A stretch of 64,000 nt of DNA from Bdellovibrionota bacterium. GTDB lineage: Bacteria > Bdellovibrionota_C > UBA2361 > CALJRW01. How positions within the stretch are numbered: position 1 is the first letter of the stretch; every line of letters starts with the position of its first letter. Made by a program: the position numbers and the translations under genes. The notes below the pieces were generated by a model. The model ran no database searches. It saw nothing but the letters and a program-made list of their open reading frames with translations, and was not told the DNA's origin. Where the stretch lies: the NCBI GenBank assembly GCA_041740355.1, contig JBGSMD010000061.1, forward strand, positions 1 through 64,000. The letters are read 5' to 3'. Below, piece after piece: positions 58,339 through 64,000 of the stretch.

Positions 58339-58928
58339 GAAGCCTTTTTTGAAATTTGAATTAATTCTGGTCGATGCATAAAGCGGGCTGTATTCTCAAC
58401 CTCTGGGTAACGAAGTGGAACTCGAGGTTGCTTCCCTTGAATTGGATAATCTTTACGAAGCGGATGACCAATAAATTCTTCGTACATTAAAATGCGGCGT
58501 AAATCTGGATGACCTGTAAATTCAACTCCAAACATATCCCACGCTTCCCGCTCCATAAAGTTAGCACTTAAATATGAACCTGTAAGTGTTGGTACGGCTG
58601 GCTTACTTTCTGAAGCTGAGACTTTGAGTACTAATCTTCTAGAATGTTTAATACTCAAAAAATGATAGACCACATCGAAACGATCACTAGTAAGCCTTGG
58701 AAAGAAGTCCTGGTCCATGAAGTCCACTACTGTCACATTAAGCAACATGTTAAAAGAATAATCAGATTGATCTTTAAGTAGCTCAACTACCTCTATTAGA
58801 TCGCTAGCGTTGATTCGAAATTCGGGATTAAAGGCAGAGAGATTTTGAGCAATAATTTTGCCGGACAACTCTTTTTTTAACTTTTCACACCAATCTGGGA
58901 TATTAGTAGTAACTTCTTCGACGGACAT
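58335..58928 (-). CDS. nuoC: NADH-quinone oxidoreductase subunit C
   Basis: EREAWDMFGVEF.GHPDLRRILM...F.GHPLRKDYP. Confidence 0.96.
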   Translation of the reverse strand: MSVEEVTTNIPDWCEKLKKELSGKIIAQNLSAFNPEFRINASDLIEVVELLKDQSDYSFNMLLNVTVVDFMDQDFFPRLTSDRFDVVYHFLSIKHSRRLVLKVSASESKPAVPTLTGSYLSANFMEREAWDMFGVEFTGHPDLRRILMYEEFIGHPLRKDYPIQGKQPRVPLRYPEVENTARFMHRPELIQISKKAS

Positions 58929-58984
58929 ATCTGATTTCTATAAATTGTAGAGCATTAATACAATGTTATAGACGCGCTGTAAAC

Positions 58985-59147
58985 CTATCCATGACAGGCT
59001 TTAGCCTGTCATGGATAGTCGCGTCGAAGCTTTAGCGAAGACGGACTCTTTTTAAAATAGAGCTGCATTGACAGGCTTTAGCCTGCCCTGCATAGTCACG
59101 TCGTAGCCTTAGAACGATGTCAATCGTTCGCAAGGCGAAGACGGACT
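58985..59147. repeat. Tandem composite palindromes (BIME-like REP cluster)
   Basis: Two units of TGACAGGCTTTAGCCTG hairpin + GTC.CGTCG.AGC...GCGAAGACGGAC; first hairpin has perfect 16-bp arms. Confidence 0.75.
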
Positions 59148-59205
59148 GTCAGCAAAAAGAAGAATATTGATCTAGCTTTAGCCATTTATTGCGAATCTTC
59201 AACTA

Positions 59206-59952
59206 CTATTGCTGGCCCGCCTTACCCAAGCTATCGGCAAACTTATCAAGCATTGGATTAAGTTGTTCCATAGCTTGCTGCGTAGAAATTTCAGGCATCT
59301 TGGGACTAAACATTGCAACTATGATTGCTAGTATCAGTGAAACAGCAATTATAGAAATGATTGAAACAACGGTAAAAATAATTTTTTTATCTTCACTTAC
59401 CCCAAGCATCGGCACTACCCCAAGGAAATAAATATAAAAACAATATAGCCCTACTAATCCAGCTAAAATTGCCAGACTAGGAATAATACCTAAGACACCA
59501 GCGAATAAAGCTGGGAGATAAGCAAAAGCAATCAGCTTAAAACTATCATCAAAACTAGAAGTTCCATCAAACTTCGGTGAGATCTTTGAAATAATTAATG
59601 CATTAAGTAAAATAGCCGCAAGCCCTAGCACAATTTGAAAGATCATCCCTACCAACGATGAAAAAAATGGTGGTCGATGTGTGCCAAAAAATGGAATTGA
59701 CATTCCAAAGATCTGCATGCCAAGAAAACCTGCAAAACATGATAGAATCATTACAGGCATAAGATATTTAATGTATATATCTTTAATTGAGTTTTCTTCC
59801 TGCTTGACCTCACTCCAAGTTGCTAGTGGTGCAACAAGCAAATTTTTTACACGATTCAAAATCTGTAATGGATTTATCTTTGACAAACATTCATTTAAAA
59901 AAGTTTTAGTTTTTTCAGAAGTTTCCGATTCAGAGTTATTAGTTTCATTCAT
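59206..59952 (-). CDS. Yip1-family membrane protein
   Basis: RVKNLL..P..TW.EV..E, P.F.G......FKL.A.A..P, Y..Y..FLG...ML; five TM helices. Confidence 0.85.
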   Translation of the reverse strand: MNETNNSESETSEKTKTFLNECLSKINPLQILNRVKNLLVAPLATWSEVKQEENSIKDIYIKYLMPVMILSCFAGFLGMQIFGMSIPFFGTHRPPFFSSLVGMIFQIVLGLAAILLNALIISKISPKFDGTSSFDDSFKLIAFAYLPALFAGVLGIIPSLAILAGLVGLYCFYIYFLGVVPMLGVSEDKKIIFTVVSIISIIAVSLILAIIVAMFSPKMPEISTQQAMEQLNPMLDKFADSLGKAGQQ

Positions 59953-60121
59953 ATTAAAATAGAAGATAAAATCAATCAGAAGATTTTTTACATTAAAATA
60001 TTTGGAATAGCTACATAAAATTGCGTTACAAAGAATTATGCCAATTTACAATCATTTAATTTGCTTTTTAAGCTTGGAATACTTGAGGTTTTAAGTAAAA
60101 AACATTAGTATCCGCCGCCTT

Positions 60122-62110
60122 ATGACTCTAAGCAATGAAGATCAAGCAATTATTAATGGCGAGGAAAAACTCCTCGACAATACCCTTAAATCCCTAACCC
60201 AAGAACGTGAGCACTTAATTAATCGGCAATATCAACAGTCAAATTTAGCTCGGGAACTAACCTCTGAAATTGTTAATACTATTCGTGCTGAGGAAAAGGT
60301 TCAGATATACTCTGATGAGGCAGTTGCCCATGGACTAGTACAGAAATCAATTGATTCGATTGCAATCCTTGAAAAGCAAATTAAGTCCCCATATTTCGCG
60401 AGGTTAGAGCTAGAAGAGGAATTACCAAACGGTCAAATTAAAAAGATTGAATATAAAATTGGTAAAAATGCCAATCCCGACTGCCGGATCATCGACTGGC
60501 GGAAAGCTCCTATTGCTAAATTGTATTACGAATATAATGAAGGTGATTTCTATGACGAAGTTATTCAAGGACAAGAACGTCAGGGTGAAATTAAACTAAA
60601 ACATTCATTTGAGATCGTGAGTAGTGATTTAAAAAAAATCATAACCAGTTCAAAAAGTTTTCAAAAAAACAATCAAGTTTGGCAGAAAGCCAAAGACACA
60701 CAAGGGCCTAAAAGTTCTTACTCTAGGTTACCCGACATCCTAGCACTAATTACCGCTGAACAATTTAAAAGTATCACTAATGATCCGGAGCTCCCGGTAA
60801 TGATCCAAGGTGTCGCCGGTTCAGGAAAAACTGCAGTTGCCATTCACCGACTAAGTTGGTTGCTCCATGAAGGAAATTCAGAAGTGAAAGCAAATGAAGT
60901 AATCTTTACTGTTAAGAGTCCGGCACTTTTACACTACATCAAGAATTCTTTGCTTGAATTTGAATTAGAATCTGTTACACTAGTTTCCCTTACAGATTTC
61001 CTAAAACTAATTTTAAGAAAACTTGGCAGTCAGCAATACCAAAATCAAGAAATTAGTTTTCCAGGAGATAACTTACCAACTTCCTTTAAACGTCTTCTCT
61101 ACTCCACGGCAGTAGAGAAGCGTATAGCTGGGCACTTAGAAAATAACCCTAGCTTTCAAATCAACAGTACAGAAGAAGCGCTAACTTTTGCTCAGGGCTT
61201 ATTCTCAGAGTATGCAAAAATTATTGAATTAGACCAAACTCGCTTGATTTCTAAAGAGTTAATCTTCAGCGCAAAAGATCGAATTTCTAAATATGCCGAA
61301 GATGCCTGTTTCGATCCGGAAGTCTTAGTATTAGCATTTAACATCTGGCAAAAAGTGGATCCTAAAAAGTTTAAAGGAACTTTCGGACATTTAATCATTG
61401 ATGAAATTCAAGATTACTCAAAGCCCGAATTACAGTTACTTTTAAATTGCTTAAAAGAAAAAAACCAAGTGACGTTACTGGGTGACTTAAACCAAAATTT
61501 AAATTTAGAATTTGGTTTTCCAGGTTGGGAATTCTTAAAAAAAGAAATTGCAACTTTGGGGCACATTGGTACAAATCTAATTCAATTGAAAATTTCACAT
61601 CGTTCTACTTTGCCAATTATTAAAGTTGCACAAGAAATTTCTGGCGAGAATCATGCTCCGGATGGTCGACCTGGAAAACTGCCTATTTGGTTTAGCTGTG
61701 CCAATGAAGACTCAGCACTAAGTGCCACAATCAAATGGATCCAAACTGCACAAGAGAAATATCCCACTAGCTTAACGGCTGTGATCTGCTCAACTCCGCA
61801 AGAAGCGCGAAGTCTCTATGGAATGCTAGCGCCAAGTTTCTCTAGTTCTGTAAGATTATTAGAAAATGATTTTAACTTGGCTGCTGGAATTGTTGTGTCG
61901 GATGTTAGTCAGACTAAAGGTTTGGAATTTTATAACGTATTGGTTTGGAACGTTTCGGAGGTGAATTATCCGCGAGCTAGCCATTATCAAAGATTATTAT
62001 ACGTTGCTTGCACTCGAGCTGAAGAAAACTTGAGCTTTATTACTTGGAGTAAAGCAAGTGAATTACTAAAAGGACTTCCACAAAATTTAATCAGGAAGTT
62101 TAATTATTAA
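60122..62110 (+). CDS. HelD-like SF1 ATPase (UvrD-related)
   Basis: PYFARL, IIDWR.AP.AKLYYE, I..EQ, QGVAGSGKT.VA.HRL, IDEIQD, GD.NQ, KGLEF, LYVACTRA. Confidence 0.85.
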   Translation: MTLSNEDQAIINGEEKLLDNTLKSLTQEREHLINRQYQQSNLARELTSEIVNTIRAEEKVQIYSDEAVAHGLVQKSIDSIAILEKQIKSPYFARLELEEELPNGQIKKIEYKIGKNANPDCRIIDWRKAPIAKLYYEYNEGDFYDEVIQGQERQGEIKLKHSFEIVSSDLKKIITSSKSFQKNNQVWQKAKDTQGPKSSYSRLPDILALITAEQFKSITNDPELPVMIQGVAGSGKTAVAIHRLSWLLHEGNSEVKANEVIFTVKSPALLHYIKNSLLEFELESVTLVSLTDFLKLILRKLGSQQYQNQEISFPGDNLPTSFKRLLYSTAVEKRIAGHLENNPSFQINSTEEALTFAQGLFSEYAKIIELDQTRLISKELIFSAKDRISKYAEDACFDPEVLVLAFNIWQKVDPKKFKGTFGHLIIDEIQDYSKPELQLLLNCLKEKNQVTLLGDLNQNLNLEFGFPGWEFLKKEIATLGHIGTNLIQLKISHRSTLPIIKVAQEISGENHAPDGRPGKLPIWFSCANEDSALSATIKWIQTAQEKYPTSLTAVICSTPQEARSLYGMLAPSFSSSVRLLENDFNLAAGIVVSDVSQTKGLEFYNVLVWNVSEVNYPRASHYQRLLYVACTRAEENLSFITWSKASELLKGLPQNLIRKFNY

Positions 62111-62138
62111 AAAACATATTAAATATTTGTGGCGATGT

Positions 62139-63266
62139 TTAACTGTGATTAACAATTTTTCCATCTTTAAAAAGCTTCACTTCTAATTTATTGAAACTTC
62201 TGGTCGCACCATCCGGGTCCATAGTAATTATCCCAGACAACCCTTGATAATCTTTAAGTTCTAATAAGTACGTTTGAAATTTCTTGGCCTCAAGTTCAGC
62301 TGATGTATTGGTTTTAATGTAATCAATAATAATATTAGCAGTATCGTAAGAAGGCACAGTTGAAATATCAAAAAAAGGCTGTCGCCCCTCTAATTTTTGA
62401 AACTCTTCCAGATATGATTGATATGCGGGAGTCCGCGGAGCCTCCCAAACGGCTACTAATGCTCCATCGGCTGTTCCTTTTGCCGCCGCTTGAAATCCAG
62501 GACTTGTTACGGTTGCTACTGTGTAAAATTCAGCATCGACTCCTAAACTTCTAGCTTGATACATTGCTAAGCCAAGAGGATCATACCCATAAAGTAAAAG
62601 GGATTTAATATTTTTACTTTTGAATTTCTGCAAAATTGACTTAAAATCTGTAGTATTTACATCATAGCCAGCACTTAAATATTCGGTAATACCAAGTTCT
62701 TTTAGCTTTTTAACACTTTCATTAAACATATTAACTGGAAAAGCATCACCATTAAAATAAATAATGCCTAGAGGTAATTTTTTATTAGCGACAGCATGTT
62801 CAATTAAAGTGTAAGCTAAGTCTTCGGTTGGTTTTGCAATACAGAAAGTACTTGCAGGAAGTTTTGCTAAAGTCTGATCACAATCAAGTGGGTCAATTAA
62901 AATAACCCCATCTTTTTCGGCCATCGGTGCTAACGAAATAACAGCACTATAGGTTAGTGTGAAAATGATCTTCGCTCCATCTTGCTTAACCAATTTTTTG
63001 TAGGCCTGAACTGCTTTAGCAGTAGTGTACTGATCATCCTCCACAACTAATTTTAATTTAGTTCCTGAAGTTCCCTGCCCTGTATTATACTTGGCAAACT
63101 GTCTTTCAATAACTTTGACGCTATCGATGCCTAAAACAGCCGAGTTACCTGTTAAGGGCCCAATCCAGCCAATTTTTATTGGAGATTCCGCAATAACTAA
63201 ATTAACACTAAAAAATAGTAGGAAGGTAATTACACAAAGACTTACTGGTATTTTTTTCATAATCAT
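62139..63266 (-). CDS. LivJ/LivK-type ABC substrate-binding protein
   Basis: Signal peptide; IKIG.IGPLTG, L.VEDD....A, TDF.SIL, .YD, Y.GLSG.I..D..G. Confidence 0.88.
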   Translation of the reverse strand: MIMKKIPVSLCVITFLLFFSVNLVIAESPIKIGWIGPLTGNSAVLGIDSVKVIERQFAKYNTGQGTSGTKLKLVVEDDQYTTAKAVQAYKKLVKQDGAKIIFTLTYSAVISLAPMAEKDGVILIDPLDCDQTLAKLPASTFCIAKPTEDLAYTLIEHAVANKKLPLGIIYFNGDAFPVNMFNESVKKLKELGITEYLSAGYDVNTTDFKSILQKFKSKNIKSLLLYGYDPLGLAMYQARSLGVDAEFYTVATVTSPGFQAAAKGTADGALVAVWEAPRTPAYQSYLEEFQKLEGRQPFFDISTVPSYDTANIIIDYIKTNTSAELEAKKFQTYLLELKDYQGLSGIITMDPDGATRSFNKLEVKLFKDGKIVNHS

Positions 63267-63274
63267 TAGTTTCT

Positions 63275-63820
63275 TTAATTGCTTATTTCATGCCAAGGAA
63301 AATTCCAAGGATCCGTTTTTGCTTCGTTCTTACTAAGCTCTAAATAGTCTTCTTTGCTAACATTCTGCAAGTCAATCCCTGTGGCCTCCGATCTTTTCAC
63401 TGCGACTTCAAAATGTCCAAGTATATACTTAACGGGATACTGATCTTTTAGCAGAGCAAGCAATGATTTTAAAGATTTAATTTGGATATCGGGATAATTA
63501 CCTTCGGCCGGGCTGATCAACTCAATCCCAATACTAAAATCATTTACATTCTCTCGACCATCAGGCATCCGAGATTTTCCAGCATGCCAAGCTCGATTAA
63601 GTGGATTAACTAATTGGTAAACTTCCCCTGTTTGTGAAATAACATAATGAGCCGATACCTGACAGCGATCTAACCAATTAATACAAGCTTGTGGATTAAG
63701 TATATCTTGACCTTCCTCAGGAAAAGGACAATACATAGAATGTAAAATAATAGTATCAATTGTGATAGCTTCTGGTCGACTATTAAAATGACTGGTAACA
63801 AAATTGGTATTTATCATCAT
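63275..63820 (-). CDS. ampD: N-acetylmuramoyl-L-alanine amidase (Amidase_2)
   Basis: IILHS, VSAHY.I...G...QLV....RAWHAG.S, NDFSIGIEL, GH, KTDP. Confidence 0.88.
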   Translation of the reverse strand: MMINTNFVTSHFNSRPEAITIDTIILHSMYCPFPEEGQDILNPQACINWLDRCQVSAHYVISQTGEVYQLVNPLNRAWHAGKSRMPDGRENVNDFSIGIELISPAEGNYPDIQIKSLKSLLALLKDQYPVKYILGHFEVAVKRSEATGIDLQNVSKEDYLELSKNEAKTDPWNFPWHEISN

Positions 63821-63831
63821 TTATATTATAC

Positions 63832-64000
63832 ATGAAAATCGATCAGCTTGGCAAAAAGTTTATTGTAGAAGTTGCTGGAACTAGACTTACAGCCGAAGAA
63901 AAAGCAATAATCGAAGAGCTTCAACCTGCTGGATTTATGTTTCGCAAAAGAAACTTTCTGCAAAACGAAAGTTACCAAGTCTGGCTAAAAGAATATCAGC
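63832..64000 (+). CDS. nagZ: GH3 beta-N-acetylglucosaminidase, N-terminal part (runs off the window)
   Basis: Translates MKIDQLGKKFIVEVAGTRLTAEEKAIIEELQPAGFMFRKRNF, resembling the NagZ N-terminus (G..L..EE......P.G...F.RN). Confidence 0.65.
   Translation, partial: MKIDQLGKKFIVEVAGTRLTAEEKAIIEELQPAGFMFRKRNFLQNESYQVWLKEYQ

Overview
Chromosomal segment of an AT-rich Gram-negative bacterium. The gene content suggests a Bdellovibrionota/Myxococcota-like deltaproteobacterium; this is an inference from lpxD, the Myxococcus-type Cys-rich repeats and the split nuo locus. Housekeeping genes: rpmI-rplT with tRNA-Val(GAC), murC-murB, xth-lpxD, dnaE, birA-coaX, menI-menA, a CBS/CorC protein, a FadF/HdrD-like Fe-S protein, a beta-CASP nuclease, HU with an N-terminal PAKK tail, nuoCDEFG / nuoHJKLMN (no nuoA, B or I; interrupted by two opposite-strand genes), a HelD-like ATPase, a LivK-type binding protein, ampD and a partial nagZ. 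Two accessory clusters encode large exported Cys-rich proteins. (1) 2.5-9.5 kb: a 1148-aa exported protein with about 23 CGDG repeats ending in a Hedgehog-like (GCF) Hint domain that should not be able to splice, followed by two unknown exported proteins. This is a candidate autoprocessing or ligation system. (2) 27.8-41 kb: two modular paralogs share an unannotated 4-Cys N-terminal domain, a sigma28-like promoter and a conserved, apparently structured non-coding element of about 160 nt; a giant di-heme protein follows them. Several families of short palindromic or MITE-like elements occupy the intergenic spaces, some abutting stop codons or overlapping gene ends. No CRISPR, integrase or transposase was seen.
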